Origin: a virus | Taxonomy: Duplodnaviria; Caudoviricetes | Direction: 5' to 3' (one strand) | Virus record (IMG/VR): IMGVR_UViG_3300032287_003360 | Span: 1 to 56,893 of that record | Length of the DNA: 56,893 nt | In this document: positions 42,901-52,053 of the stretch, one piece after another | Position numbering within the stretch: position 1 is the stretch's first letter | Layout: each line of letters begins with the position of its first letter | Program-made: the position numbers and the translations under genes | The notes under the pieces: generated by a model | Databases searched by the model: none | What the model saw: only the letters and a program-made list of their open reading frames with translations | Told to the model about the DNA's origin: nothing

Positions 42901-44390
42901 GGCGGGACCGCAGGCGCACCCCCCGCCTGCGGTCCCTCTGCGACCGGAGCCGGAGAACTTGCTCCTGGTGCAGTACTCTGAACTTGAGACTGGCGCTCCA
43001 TCTCGCGAAAGCGCGCAAGTTGCTTGATATACTCGCCAGCGGCACCAGGACCAGTTCCGGGAACAGGCGGTTTAGGCGCTTGCGAGGTGTTACCTGTCAA
43101 AGTAACAGCAGCCGTCACGTCGGGCGGTGTATCGCCGACAGTTACACCTGATTTTGCTACTGCTGGCTCACGGGCGGCTGGGCTGACCGGGGCAGGTTGC
43201 GACGGTGTAGTGGTTTGATTTGTAGCGCTGAGAGCTGCTGCTTCGGCGGAGTTAGCACCTTTTTCGGTAATGGGCTCTACCACAGGTGCTTTAGTTTTTT
43301 CTGCGCTAGGCTCACTTCTAGCCGCTCCTACCGCGCCAACACCGCCACCAAGAATCGCGCCAATCAAGGCGTTTTCGGCAGCGCCCTCATTCCACGGCTT
43401 GTCCTCGTAGCCTGCAAGATTCTGAGCAACTTGTGACAGATACTCTTGTACGGCTTCTTCGCCGGAGCTCTCAAGAATTTCGCCAACTTTTTTTACAAGA
43501 GTGTTAGTAGTTTTAAGTTTCAACGGCGCAGGAATATACTTCAGGCCGGTAAGGATCGGCACGACTTCGGATGCGCCGATCAGAGCTCCCCACTGAGCTG
43601 CTTTAAGTGCGTCTTCTTCGTTTGCCCCGGCTTGAACAGCTTCGCGATACATTTGCGAAGATGTGGAAGTTGCGCCCATAGTGCCGCCGACAATTGCACC
43701 GCCAGCAGGACCAGCAGCAACGCCGCCAAGTAGTGTAGCCGCAACAAAGGCCACCATGCTGCCAGCACCTGAAGCAAGCTTCCCAGAAAAACCGGTGTCG
43801 CGAGGATCAGGTTTGCCAATTAAAGTCTCAGCGCTTTCGCGTAGTGCTTTGCCAGCTTGAAAGCCCATAGTCTCGTCGACCGGCGTAGCAAGCTCAGTAT
43901 CTGCCTGTTCTTTTAGGTTTCCAGCCATTTGCATCTGGTTTTCAACCTGGCTCAAACGCATTTTAGCCGCGTTTACACGAGCTTTGGCTTCCCAGTCGCC
44001 TTGATCTGCTTTTGGGCCGTATTCTGTAATAATGCTTTCAAGCTCGGCTTTTTCTTTTGGAAAATCCTGAAGAACTTCTTCTGAACTAGACTGCAAAGTA
44101 CGCAACCGTGTCCGGTTGGCGAGTGCTGCACCTTCCGGAACACCAGCAACAACTTCAGTAGCACCAGCGGCAAACTGCTGACCACGACGTCTAAGCGTCT
44201 GAAGCAGCTTTTCACCGGCAAACGGATCTGGATCGTTTTCTTGCTCGCGAGCAGAAATTGGTACCGCTTCCCGCTTTTGTGGGGCAGTTGCCTCCATAGG
44301 GACGTCGTCGAAACTCAGATCGTCTGGTATCGATGCAGACTTACTGGACTCAGTTTCGAACGGAACGTCATCAAAACTCAGCGAGTCCAT
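36969..44390 (-). CDS. Giant internal virion/ejection (polyvalent) protein
   Basis: 2473 aa; HEGLH zincin motif with downstream EFLSE; YFPMMRYGDY (PLxRFG-like); Gly/Ala hydrophobic stretches; last of the ejection trio. Confidence 0.75.
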   Translation of the reverse strand: MDSLSFDDVPFETESSKSASIPDDLSFDDVPMEATAPQKREAVPISAREQENDPDPFAGEKLLQTLRRRGQQFAAGATEVVAGVPEGAALANRTRLRTLQSSSEEVLQDFPKEKAELESIITEYGPKADQGDWEAKARVNAAKMRLSQVENQMQMAGNLKEQADTELATPVDETMGFQAGKALRESAETLIGKPDPRDTGFSGKLASGAGSMVAFVAATLLGGVAAGPAGGAIVGGTMGATSTSSQMYREAVQAGANEEDALKAAQWGALIGASEVVPILTGLKYIPAPLKLKTTNTLVKKVGEILESSGEEAVQEYLSQVAQNLAGYEDKPWNEGAAENALIGAILGGGVGAVGAARSEPSAEKTKAPVVEPITEKGANSAEAAALSATNQTTTPSQPAPVSPAAREPAVAKSGVTVGDTPPDVTAAVTLTGNTSQAPKPPVPGTGPGAAGEYIKQLARFREMERQSQVQSTAPGASSPAPVAEGPQAGGAPAVPPTSAPAPAPTPEATQAPSAPAEALQRLEEPDPTEAAPTNVAPVEAPFSPVEAVPDVLPSAEQESPVAPAEAPAAPEKRKYRTVTRRDVLLDAGIPAEQYDTMKPKARDRMAADLRAKVQRDTGERLEYMDPAEREQALTKAWTEIQGLRTKAAEKAAADRAERVAKLPPKTQKAAEASKAKEGPAAEDLVAQQKAERQARINAYVEEQRQKAQEETVASPETGKPRILKSVTDEAIRQEAENAIGQREQQEKAEASLREAEARQEAEQERAASGQVEEETLDRASKEGKAETARRVNNKRVADEIIDEHTTNEREDKYRSNGPQGDVARNSILARVKQMAEKTGSRLAPDRSGKVLFDRLKPSADPTLAPNAAQMILWEARKLAGRKNPTLEDFDNFRSAEALLRAGMVKDYLEARGVEGDIASMAKATKTSKTGETDDIIEDIPANNMTPEDNLIARQEGDEDAQAVANDEVADQAPVSGKRQQVTSESNPGYTAVSGNKTAKVVEKVGKGRKKIELSAEDKTKATAAAKALTGAAKAASNASDRPKLALKQDTTVRSDKGNVVLDATPRIISEKMTVAEAMDRLDPGSIKLFGDKNTQKVISAILGRLKEAIPDLPIIIIPHSEMMRITNNGAAAYFDPRPSRFGKSGYIAISTKYAVDGRPRAHLVAHEGLHALFSAALVNDPELHELVTSLGDYVRGSFVTEEAANEHYGLTIDKRTGRVDPHEFLSEALSEPEFQEILRDTPIPDEVAALLRLDKEADKTVWGALRSMVRDVVLSINKALFGDGDGYSVLDAIMEIGGRLDKLGTEIRKRKGDTAVAPGPMSEVRYAKAKNPNVGELIKRGLEPKTARNAAKIIAENFKGGISDADLGAVAQAFRSQPEQKKQSYWTMLRDGGVSQAQAKEINDYLKAEVGKSVDPETVPYLIEEAIKTFGKKDTSESNQADTGVVPPYKEPPSPGMGPSVPKRPEAPAFKGKGESRVARFFRSAALKTMTLDFMRQKFGKLFGTKDGNPLDRFVKAVQRRDNIVDEFAEPLERAGVEFEAFAKKNPEEALEFAQLAVDASRLNVKLGKSQDNSHLGKNATKGLQGKKALDKLNARFENNLSEEGRELYSRLTKLYREAHNANVEALAYNILSQLDTKLSNSDLMDMLKRVVEGRLTEDDAKLINNNTVFRALERAAELKVLKGDYFPMMRYGDYVVTTTEKLTDPGWKTVPLKVTREKNGKTVTTSKDLPVSTEIEGNILRVQVDPTIRGSQTAAKRALREYAASHELTLQNIATMYRDRQTGKLVSNGEQLVDREYDTVYEASFQTEGVHFFESAKEAEEFRKQSDSHITSQVKTRRQYAGEDSISASQLAAIVNHIGGSEKGELRQRMVNLVENAVIAQMSGNRAQKRYLARRNVIGASQDTARAAFTFARAAGNYHATLRTAPEMRKAMQQMVEVEKASKNTNNEAVITDVMNEMRAREANIENPNKPMKWTRDIATLSYFDKLFSPAYSLINSMQPLTTTWPVLAGRYGWDETVKAMGKAYQKVGLRDTVASGAGNTVKATTQFNKSMIDTSDLIGSLRKNLGKEYEALIDEFVERGLLSVDTGLEIGSVIEQGRGAWGRTLHKVDRIGRQLPNSVEVLNRAITAVATYDLALQAKKSKQDAIQEAYNTVSNTQGDYRASNAPNWMKAPGLGWMLQFKKYALLQYQLMSDMTVRAFKDADPAERVIARKQLMHLVSTQALLAGTWGLPGLEIFKLGFMAVSMLAGGEGWDDEEYTLRKMIEDAAGKTLGSVINNGLLSTVTGLDFASRLSLADMITGLPPKSFDADGLMAYAGRTIGGAPGGTVVDWITGTRELVKADSADAREKAIQKLIPNKLIADSVSAYNNYKSGNVGPAGAAAQVFGLRTLERAETGRERGAFKRQGDQRKATEKSLTNDLRAALDRRDRAAELKAIAAIRQYNAELRRKNPNARPVNAAQIRKYWFKDQRK

Positions 44391-47300
44391 CAGAGGCCCT
44401 CAACAGAATAGCCTGCGTCCTGAAGCTTCTTGATTACACCAGCGCGGCTGCGCCCCTCGGCAATTGCCGCTTTTGCCTTCGCCAGCACATCAGGTGGCAC
44501 CGGTTTACCTTTGGAAGTAACCGGTGCGGTCTTATTTTGCAAATACCCAGCTTTGCTACCTACAGGTGCCGCCTGAGCGTCACCGCTAACAGGCGGCGGA
44601 ACTGGATTGGTCGGAATTGCTTCTTCGCCAGTGCCCTCTTCGCCAGGCATAGGAGCGCCAAAGCTTCTATCAATCGAGTCAATGATGACTTGGAGCGTTT
44701 CCGGATCGTTGTCTTGAAACGCTTTCTGCCATGCCCGTTTCTGCCCGGCAGTCATCTGCGGGGCGTAAGCGTCGTACAACTCGTTAAGCGTACCCGCCCG
44801 GCGCGTGCGCTTATCAAGATCGCGCTGCTCCTGAGCAGTGCGGTTTTTCTCGGTACGCTCGTCGACCGCTTGGTTTTGCTCCTGGAAACGCTTGTCAGAA
44901 CGAGTGTTCTCACGCCGCCTATCGACATTTGCCATAATGTCGTCAAGCGCTTCGGGATCAACTTCTTCAACAGCGGCGTCCCACTGCTCCCTTTCACTTG
45001 GCGTCATATCCGCTTCGTAATCGGCGCGCAGCTTAACCTTACCGTTTACGCGGCGCTGACGCTTTGCGAGATCTTTTTCTTCGGCTTCTTTGCTGCGCTT
45101 ATCGATACGCTCTTCGCTGGCGTCGAGGCGCTTATCAAGATTGGCTTCGGTAGCCTTGCGGCCTTCTTCAAGACGACGATCAATGATTTCGTCGCGTTTG
45201 GTCTGAGTTTTCTCTTTGGCTTTCTCGCGGCGACGAAATTGCACATTCCCGATGATTTTGTTAAGCGTTTCGTAGTCTCCGTCTTCGACCGCAGCGCTCC
45301 ACGCTTCGATCTCGCCAGGATCCATATCTTGCTCCATATCGGGAAGAAGCTTATCAAGGTTGCTCGCCCGCGCTTTAGCCCGTTCCTCTTTGCGGGCAGA
45401 AGCGGAAGCAGAAGCCGACGTGCCAGGTTCGGCTACGTTCATCAAGGCCTCAAAGTAACCCGAGCCCGCCGAAATGCCAGTAGCCATTTGGAAGACCTGC
45501 TGCGGTGTCAGCATATGCTGATCAACTACATCGCCACTTTCGTTGGTGCGCGTGACCTGGTATCCGCCGCTAACAGGCTGAACGTCTGCATTCAATCCAT
45601 CAGGAACAGCATCATATGCTTTGATTGCATACTTAACCATACCATCTACGTCGCCGTTTTTGCCCGCTTGCACGGCTTCGTAGCCATACCGGCGTGACAG
45701 CAAGTTCGAATACTGAATAAGCGCTCCAGCCCATTTGCCCGCTTTGTCGACGTCGCCACGCTTCAGGTAGAACTCCACGCCTTTCTGCATAGCGTAGACC
45801 GTGCGCATGCTATCTTCGATCTCGCCATTAGGGTCTACCAACTGGTAAATTTGCTGAACTTCTTGCGAAGTCGGCGGACCTTCATTTGGAGCGATTGCTC
45901 CGTTTACCAACTTGCGTTGCTTGTTCCGTAAATCGGGATCAGGACCAATAGCAGACCCGCTGCGATCGAGGCCCAGTGACTTGGTGAGATGCTTCAAGCC
46001 GAGATCAATAGCCTTGCCAACACTTACACTTTCGCCAGCGGGGCGTTCGCGTTGGTCCATTGCCAAGGCGTTGCGGTTAGCGTTACGGTTGGCATCGCTC
46101 CGGTTACTTGCCGGAGTAACCGGAATTGCTTGAGCAGGTGCTTCTTCGAGCTGGTTATCGGTTTCTTCCATTGGTGCCGAGGCAACAGTACCGCCATCGG
46201 CAAACATACCAATGCTTTTTTTGTTACCTGGTTTTTTCGGAAAACCACCCAAGCCACCCAAGCCACCAAAGCCACTGAGGATAGAAGGTTTGTTGGATGG
46301 AGGTTTAGAAGGCTTTTTGTTCGGAGGTTTGAAACTTCCATCAATCATGTAGTCAATAACAGAAGGTTTGTTGGATGGAGGTTTAGAAGGCTTTTTGTTC
46401 GGAAGTTGGAAGTTTTCAGCAAGCATGTAGTCAATAACAGAAGGTTTGTTGCCCTGTGACCCAGAGTGAATACTGTCTGTAATACTGTTTATAATATTGT
46501 TAGATTTCTGGGGTTTTTTATCTTCCGCAACGTCTGGCACATCTGCAACAGCCCCAACAGTCTGCTGCGGACGCCAAACACCCAAAGAGTTTGTCGGTCT
46601 AACAACGCGCGAAACTTCGTCTGCCCACGGTACAGTAGTCGTAGAAGCCGAGTACGGTGCATCGAGTGGAATAGCTTCTACCGGCGCAGGCGCAGGTATT
46701 GGTCCAGTCCGAGGATCACGCGGGGGTATCCATGGGTTTTTTTTCTTGGGCGACTTACCCAATGAAGGCTTGGGACGGACCATGGGCTTGGGACGGACCA
46801 TGGGCTTGGTCTGCCGTGATGGTACAGACATACCACGGGCCGCATACAGGGTAGGAGTCCCGGTCAGATCGCCCGGCTTGTAGAGTTTTGCGCCTTCCGG
46901 AATATCGATCGCAGAAATATCATTTGACGCATCACGCGAGCTTTCAAGTAAGTCATCTGCCTGATAAGGATCTTCGCTTGAACCTTCAGCAGGGGCACTT
47001 TCTGGATTGCCCGCTACTTCAGTATTACTAGAGCCGGGAGGAGACCATTCAGTGTAGCTGGAAGGAATAGCGCTATCGCCCTGCGGGCTACCTTTGCCAA
47101 TATCAAAACCATAGAAGCTGGCAATCTGGGTCGCAGCTTCCATACCCGTAGATTTAATACCGTTTACGGCAAGTCCCTTTTGAACTTGCCTGGCAAGCTT
47201 GTCGCTACCCTTACCCGTCAAAAGGTAGGTCGCTCCACCGAGCCCTTGCTGGTGTGCCAAAGCGAGTTCGCCATAAGTTGGCTCGCGACCAAGTGTTTTT

Positions 47301-47743
47301 TTAAGTCCTGCCCGGTTGTCTTCTGTAAGCTTGACAAACGCTTGCGTGTTCAACGCAGGATCGCTACGCGCATCACCGCTCTGACTGACAAGGCCGTAAT
47401 TTGTTCCCGTTCCTTTGGTGAACTGAAACAGGCCTGTTGCACCAGTGGGCGACACCGCCGAAGGGTTGTACGTGCTTTCCTTATACGCCATACGATAAGC
47501 GTATGGACGCAAATCCTCCGGAACATTTGCGTCAATAACTTTCTTTATGCCATCTGGAGGATCGTAGTATTTGCCACTAGTTTTGCCGACACCGGGGCCG
47601 AACGTACCCGGCGAACTTTTCTTAGCGGCATCGAAATCAAACGTATTTTTCCGGTTGTCAATGCGGTCGCGAATACCCCGAGAAACGCTCGAAGTTGCCT
47701 GGAACGCCGAAAAGAAATCCCGCATCTCAGCAGCGAAAGACAT
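44390..47743 (-). CDS. Internal virion protein with N-terminal lytic transglycosylase
   Basis: KESTYNPSAVS..GATGLFQF SLT motifs; 1117 aa. Confidence 0.8.
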   Translation of the reverse strand: MSFAAEMRDFFSAFQATSSVSRGIRDRIDNRKNTFDFDAAKKSSPGTFGPGVGKTSGKYYDPPDGIKKVIDANVPEDLRPYAYRMAYKESTYNPSAVSPTGATGLFQFTKGTGTNYGLVSQSGDARSDPALNTQAFVKLTEDNRAGLKKTLGREPTYGELALAHQQGLGGATYLLTGKGSDKLARQVQKGLAVNGIKSTGMEAATQIASFYGFDIGKGSPQGDSAIPSSYTEWSPPGSSNTEVAGNPESAPAEGSSEDPYQADDLLESSRDASNDISAIDIPEGAKLYKPGDLTGTPTLYAARGMSVPSRQTKPMVRPKPMVRPKPSLGKSPKKKNPWIPPRDPRTGPIPAPAPVEAIPLDAPYSASTTTVPWADEVSRVVRPTNSLGVWRPQQTVGAVADVPDVAEDKKPQKSNNIINSITDSIHSGSQGNKPSVIDYMLAENFQLPNKKPSKPPSNKPSVIDYMIDGSFKPPNKKPSKPPSNKPSILSGFGGLGGLGGFPKKPGNKKSIGMFADGGTVASAPMEETDNQLEEAPAQAIPVTPASNRSDANRNANRNALAMDQRERPAGESVSVGKAIDLGLKHLTKSLGLDRSGSAIGPDPDLRNKQRKLVNGAIAPNEGPPTSQEVQQIYQLVDPNGEIEDSMRTVYAMQKGVEFYLKRGDVDKAGKWAGALIQYSNLLSRRYGYEAVQAGKNGDVDGMVKYAIKAYDAVPDGLNADVQPVSGGYQVTRTNESGDVVDQHMLTPQQVFQMATGISAGSGYFEALMNVAEPGTSASASASARKEERAKARASNLDKLLPDMEQDMDPGEIEAWSAAVEDGDYETLNKIIGNVQFRRREKAKEKTQTKRDEIIDRRLEEGRKATEANLDKRLDASEERIDKRSKEAEEKDLAKRQRRVNGKVKLRADYEADMTPSEREQWDAAVEEVDPEALDDIMANVDRRRENTRSDKRFQEQNQAVDERTEKNRTAQEQRDLDKRTRRAGTLNELYDAYAPQMTAGQKRAWQKAFQDNDPETLQVIIDSIDRSFGAPMPGEEGTGEEAIPTNPVPPPVSGDAQAAPVGSKAGYLQNKTAPVTSKGKPVPPDVLAKAKAAIAEGRSRAGVIKKLQDAGYSVEGL
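46283..46450. repeat. 78-bp-period duplication (KKPSKPPSNKPSVIDYM)
   Basis: 46283-46325 = 46361-46403; 46346-46372 = 46424-46450. Confidence 0.85.
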
Positions 47744-47751
47744 ACTTTACC

Positions 47752-48852
47752 TCACACAGGCAGGGCAGCCGGAACGTTACCCGGCGGCTGATAACTTGGC
47801 TTTGCAGGAGCTGTATCCTTCTGTTTGCGACTCTGGTCAATCAGCTTCTGAAAAAATTCTTCGCCTTTCCACTTAGCAACGTCGGCGGGGACAACAAACT
47901 CGTCGGTGTTAAGACGAACCTCCTGGCCAGTCTGATTGACGCGCGCTGGAATATCGTCAATAGCCGCGCCACGACTTGGAGACAGTGCCGGATCCAACCT
48001 ACCTCCAGAAGTAACTTCGTCTGGAACAGCACCGCCTTCGGAAAGAAACGCCGGAATAATGCCAAGTACACCCCCGACAAGGCTGCCAATGCCAGAGCTA
48101 GACTGCTGATTGGCTTGGTACTGCGCAAGCTGATTCTGATACCCCATGTTAAGCGTATTGCCCCAGATACCCAGCGCCTGATTACCCAGTGCCTGATACT
48201 GAGGAGCTGTACCCATAGCGTTTGCACCAGCCGAGTAATTGGCAAGCTGCGAGTTAACTGCCTGATTGCCCGACTGAAGCGCTACACCATAAGTACCGGC
48301 AACCTGCCCAGGATACCCACGGCCTACGTTGATTGCTTCCGAACGTAGTGCGCGTCCCACAGCTTCAGTTTGCGCACGAGCTTGGTTGGCAGCACCAGCT
48401 TGAGCAGCAGCACTCTGAATACGCGCATTCGAGTCTAATGCTGCAAACCGCGTATCTGACGGGTTGATACCAAAGCTTTCAAGCTGCTGACGAGCATTAC
48501 GGCGCTGCAACTCCATAGCCTGTGCCACTTCAGCGGAAGCACGACCCATTTCAAGCTGCTGCCGCTCGGGGGACGCATAGCTGCGCGCTTCTGCGATAGC
48601 TGTATCTTCGAGCGGCTGATAAAGACCTTCGTAACGAGCCCGATCTGCCTGAGCCGACTGATCGTTGATTTCTTGGCGACGAAGCGAAGAACCGACAACC
48701 GTATCTACAAGCTCGCGATTGCGGCCATATTCTTCACGCGCCCAGGCAAGCTGTTCGCGACCAAGCTTGTAGGAAAGCTGAGCAGATTCCTTACTGGCTG
48801 CTGCAATAGGGCCATAATCCGGCGGATCAGGCGCATTGTTTTTACCACCCAT
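47752..48852 (-). CDS. Putative pilot/ejection protein
   Basis: MGGK..AP.PPDY N-terminus; Gln/Ala-rich; hydrophobic segment; DDIPAR...EFVVPA. Confidence 0.7.
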   Translation of the reverse strand: MGGKNNAPDPPDYGPIAAASKESAQLSYKLGREQLAWAREEYGRNRELVDTVVGSSLRRQEINDQSAQADRARYEGLYQPLEDTAIAEARSYASPERQQLEMGRASAEVAQAMELQRRNARQQLESFGINPSDTRFAALDSNARIQSAAAQAGAANQARAQTEAVGRALRSEAINVGRGYPGQVAGTYGVALQSGNQAVNSQLANYSAGANAMGTAPQYQALGNQALGIWGNTLNMGYQNQLAQYQANQQSSSGIGSLVGGVLGIIPAFLSEGGAVPDEVTSGGRLDPALSPSRGAAIDDIPARVNQTGQEVRLNTDEFVVPADVAKWKGEEFFQKLIDQSRKQKDTAPAKPSYQPPGNVPAALPV

Positions 48853-48855
48853 GAC

Positions 48856-49296
48856 TCAAGCTCCCCGCAGCGACCGCAAAGAACGCGGTTTCATTTTTAG
48901 CCACCGGCATTCCTCTGGTGTAATTGCCAAAACCAGACATGCCCCCTCTGGATAAGCATCATCGATCTTAGCTATGATCTTAAACCCGAGCTTTAGGTCA
49001 ATTTCAAGTGCTTTTATGTTGCTCTCGCAAACTTGACCAAAAACCTTCTTGCAACCTAGCTGATTAAATGGGTAGTCAAACACGCACCAGATCAGATCAC
49101 GCGTCGCCCAGTTATCTACAAAACCCGCCATATGGAGGTGAATACTCGCCCCGGTAAAGCATGTGAAGATTACTCCGCCAAGTAACCAGCCTTTATCGTC
49201 AACGCGGGAAATCACTCTGTCGCATACCGGATTGTAGTAGCAGCGAGCAGCATTGGCTATGGCATGCCCATGTTCTTCTTCCTGAAAAACAATCAT
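48856..49296 (-). CDS. GNAT-fold protein (T7 gp13-like position)
   Basis: FDYPFNQLG...N.KA....KLGF. Confidence 0.8.
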   Translation of the reverse strand: MIVFQEEEHGHAIANAARCYYNPVCDRVISRVDDKGWLLGGVIFTCFTGASIHLHMAGFVDNWATRDLIWCVFDYPFNQLGCKKVFGQVCESNIKALEIDLKLGFKIIAKIDDAYPEGACLVLAITPEECRWLKMKPRSLRSLRGA

Positions 49297-49553
49297 CCCA
49301 GCACCTGCCAATAACCATTACGATAGCAGTGCAACTTGTTCTCGTCGCTCTTAATCCAAAAATCACCGGTCTGGAGATTGTTGAACCGCTCCCTAGGTTC
49401 AGTATCCTGAACGTAGACCGCAGGCGAACCAAGCGATTGCCCTTGCCGCTGACCAGTCAGAGTCTCTAAGATTTGCTTCATGGCGCGTAGCGCAGTAGAC
49501 ATGCTTTTTATGTCGCCATCAGTAAACTCCGGGATACCAACTGACTTAGACAC
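49293..49553 (-). CDS. Small virion-module protein
   Basis: 86 aa, coupled to neighbours. Confidence 0.65.
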   Translation of the reverse strand: MSKSVGIPEFTDGDIKSMSTALRAMKQILETLTGQRQGQSLGSPAVYVQDTEPRERFNNLQTGDFWIKSDENKLHCYRNGYWQVLG

Positions 49554-51696
49554 TTATAAGCTCCTTGGCCGCCGTGGCGACTTCGACGTTGTTCACCTGG
49601 ACACGAGCTTCGACTTCGATTTGCCACCAGGTAGCTTTGAACCCAGAAGGCAACCGGAACAGCTCATTCGACACTCTAAGCTCGCGGGAATAAACCAGAC
49701 GATCATCCGCGTAAACCCGAACAATCCCCCACATATTAGAAGCAAGCGTAGTGGGATTAACTACCGGGATAGGGTTAAGTGTCGGTGTATCGGCATACGT
49801 CGAAAACCGAACCCGCATAGCTTCTAGGTTGCGCTGGTTTACCATTTCGAAGATCTTCGAGCGCCATTTATAAGGTTCATGGGGCCGGTCATAGGACAGA
49901 TCCAACCAATAAACCTGTCCGTTCCGGATAATGAAAATCTCATTTGTCCAAATATCAGTAGAAGTGTTTACTGTTTCGACACTTGTGCTTAGCAAGTTAA
50001 ATGCAACCCGGTTACTAGTAAGGTCGACAAAAATACCACGATACGAACCGTCGTAATTATCCAGCTCAAAAGCAGTTGTCTCGAACGCAGTTTCTTCGAA
50101 GACTCCAGGTTGAATAGCTCCCCATCCATAATACGCTCCGCCAAGCTGGCATGCGCGCAAAGTAACTGTGCTGACAAGTTGTCCCCAGCGATCCTTTGTA
50201 ATAAGATCGCGTGTAATTATGGAAACATCACCAGGGGTCGCTATAGCCAATCCGTTAGGTGAGCAGTAAACAACTCCGCTTGTAGTCGAAACAATAGAGC
50301 CCTTAGAAATACAAGGCTCAACTCGCTTCAAACGAGAAACGGCCATCTGGCTAGGATTGATACCTGTAACAGCGTAAGGCGTACTATTAGTTAGCACCAT
50401 CAGCGTCTGCCCAACTACACCAAGGCCGACAATGTCAGCATCAAATGTGAGCGTGTAGGGGGCAGGCCATGCGTGTAAACGATATGGTTCGCAAAACCAT
50501 ACCTCGCGCTTGCGAAATCCCGCAACCATGCCGTTTGACATGGATGTAATACCTTTCATATCAGCGGGAGGAGGAGCCCAATAATAGCTTTCGAGAATAG
50601 CAGCGTCACTAACTACATCGTCAGGCTTTGTATCTGTATATAGAAGAGTCGCAACAGGCAGCTCATCCACGTAGAAATATGTCGTAGCGCCGCCAGAGCC
50701 CGTCACAGTGCGGTAGATGCGCGCCTTGGTAATGTTACGGTCTGCGTTCTCTGCACTCGTCGGCGCGGTAATCTTTACGTACCACGGATCTCCAGACCAA
50801 CCACTGCTGCTAGTAGCAGGAGAAGGAGGACCTTCTTCGCCGTATTCCGAAACCCAAGTGTATACATATGCGCGTACTTCAAGAACACCTTGTCCGGTGT
50901 AATTTGGCTTTCCTTCGATCGATGGCGGAACACCGATGGTCAACCTACCGTCATCTGCAATAGTGATACGGTTTGTCGGTGTACCATTGGTATAGCGTAG
51001 CTCGGCAGAGAAACCTTTAGTGGTGTACTGGTTAACTGGACCACCAGATTGAACAGGTGTCGATTTATCAATATCCCGAGTGAAGCCACTTGTAGTCAAT
51101 AACGGACGAGTTGCACCAAAAGAACCATAGTTAATGCTCGGGATAACTGTCCCGTCGTAGAACGAGTTTCTATCGACGTTATAGGTCATCGTCTCGTAAA
51201 GAGCCGCTGCGCCACCAGCCAGTTTGTAAGAAATAGACGCGCAATCGAAGTAATAGGTTGAATTGATCCAAGAAACGCGAGGAGCAACTGTCGGAGCCGG
51301 AATACCTAGTTTTAGCGGCGCATTAACTCCAGAATTACCGTTTATAATCCGCGCCTTGGTATTATAGCGAGGTACGTCAACATTATTCGCCCAATAAAAA
51401 CGATCGAACGAGTCGTCTGCAACAGGAGAGCTAATTACATCTGTATCGCGATCAGAAAACTCCAACCAGTACGAATCAACAATACGGCTTTTATCATAGT
51501 ATTCAATCGGAATACGAAAAACACGCGTAGTCCCCAAGCTGGTAAGTGTATAGACCGATTTAGGTTCGCGAATACCCTCAAGAACTCCGGCAAACAACCA
51601 AGTATTTTGGCTGAGCTCCGCCTGGTTTTCCGGCAGCAGACGCGGGTCCACTGCCGGAATCATGCCGCCAAACTCTTTCAGCTTAAATGCGACCAC
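49546..51696 (-). CDS. Tail nozzle / tubular B-like (stabilization) protein
   Basis: FGGMIP..DPRLLP N-terminus; YVYTWV...GEEGPPS; WRSKIF; beta-rich. Confidence 0.75.
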   Translation of the reverse strand: MVAFKLKEFGGMIPAVDPRLLPENQAELSQNTWLFAGVLEGIREPKSVYTLTSLGTTRVFRIPIEYYDKSRIVDSYWLEFSDRDTDVISSPVADDSFDRFYWANNVDVPRYNTKARIINGNSGVNAPLKLGIPAPTVAPRVSWINSTYYFDCASISYKLAGGAAALYETMTYNVDRNSFYDGTVIPSINYGSFGATRPLLTTSGFTRDIDKSTPVQSGGPVNQYTTKGFSAELRYTNGTPTNRITIADDGRLTIGVPPSIEGKPNYTGQGVLEVRAYVYTWVSEYGEEGPPSPATSSSGWSGDPWYVKITAPTSAENADRNITKARIYRTVTGSGGATTYFYVDELPVATLLYTDTKPDDVVSDAAILESYYWAPPPADMKGITSMSNGMVAGFRKREVWFCEPYRLHAWPAPYTLTFDADIVGLGVVGQTLMVLTNSTPYAVTGINPSQMAVSRLKRVEPCISKGSIVSTTSGVVYCSPNGLAIATPGDVSIITRDLITKDRWGQLVSTVTLRACQLGGAYYGWGAIQPGVFEETAFETTAFELDNYDGSYRGIFVDLTSNRVAFNLLSTSVETVNTSTDIWTNEIFIIRNGQVYWLDLSYDRPHEPYKWRSKIFEMVNQRNLEAMRVRFSTYADTPTLNPIPVVNPTTLASNMWGIVRVYADDRLVYSRELRVSNELFRLPSGFKATWWQIEVEARVQVNNVEVATAAKELISV

Positions 51697-51718
51697 AGCG
51701 CGCTCCTGGCTTGCGTGC

Positions 51719-52039
51719 TTATTTGTCTTCCTTAGCTAGATATTCCCGAGTCCTGGCCAAAGCAGCAGCGCCAGCCTGCATCTCAAGCATTGTCGTTGCA
51801 CTGACAAAGGCAGTCTCTTCGGCTGCTGAAACAGTCCGTTCGGCTGCTGAAACAGTCCGTTCGGCTGCTGAAACAGTCCGTTCGGCTGCTGAAACAGTCT
51901 GTTCAGGCGCCGGGACAGGATCTTCGAGAATTTCAGAAGGGACAATCAGCACGTCGCCGACGGGCTCGGCCAAAGCCTCGATAATAGCTTCCGGGGATTT
52001 GTCGACAGTCGCTTCAATAGTCTTGGGGGCTTTCGCCAT
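51719..52039 (-). CDS. Acidic hypothetical protein with heptad repeats
   Basis: 106 aa, AAGGAG RBS. Confidence 0.7.
   Translation of the reverse strand: MAKAPKTIEATVDKSPEAIIEALAEPVGDVLIVPSEILEDPVPAPEQTVSAAERTVSAAERTVSAAERTVSAAEETAFVSATTMLEMQAGAAALARTREYLAKEDK
51818..51899. repeat. 21-bp tandem repeat x~4 (RTVSAAE)
   Basis: TTCGGCTGCTGAAACAGTCCG. Confidence 0.9.
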
Positions 52040-52053
52040 TTGGGGTCTCCTTG

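Noticed and set aside
44333-45697. 454-aa plus-strand ORF
   Set aside because: Antisense shadow of the ejection protein
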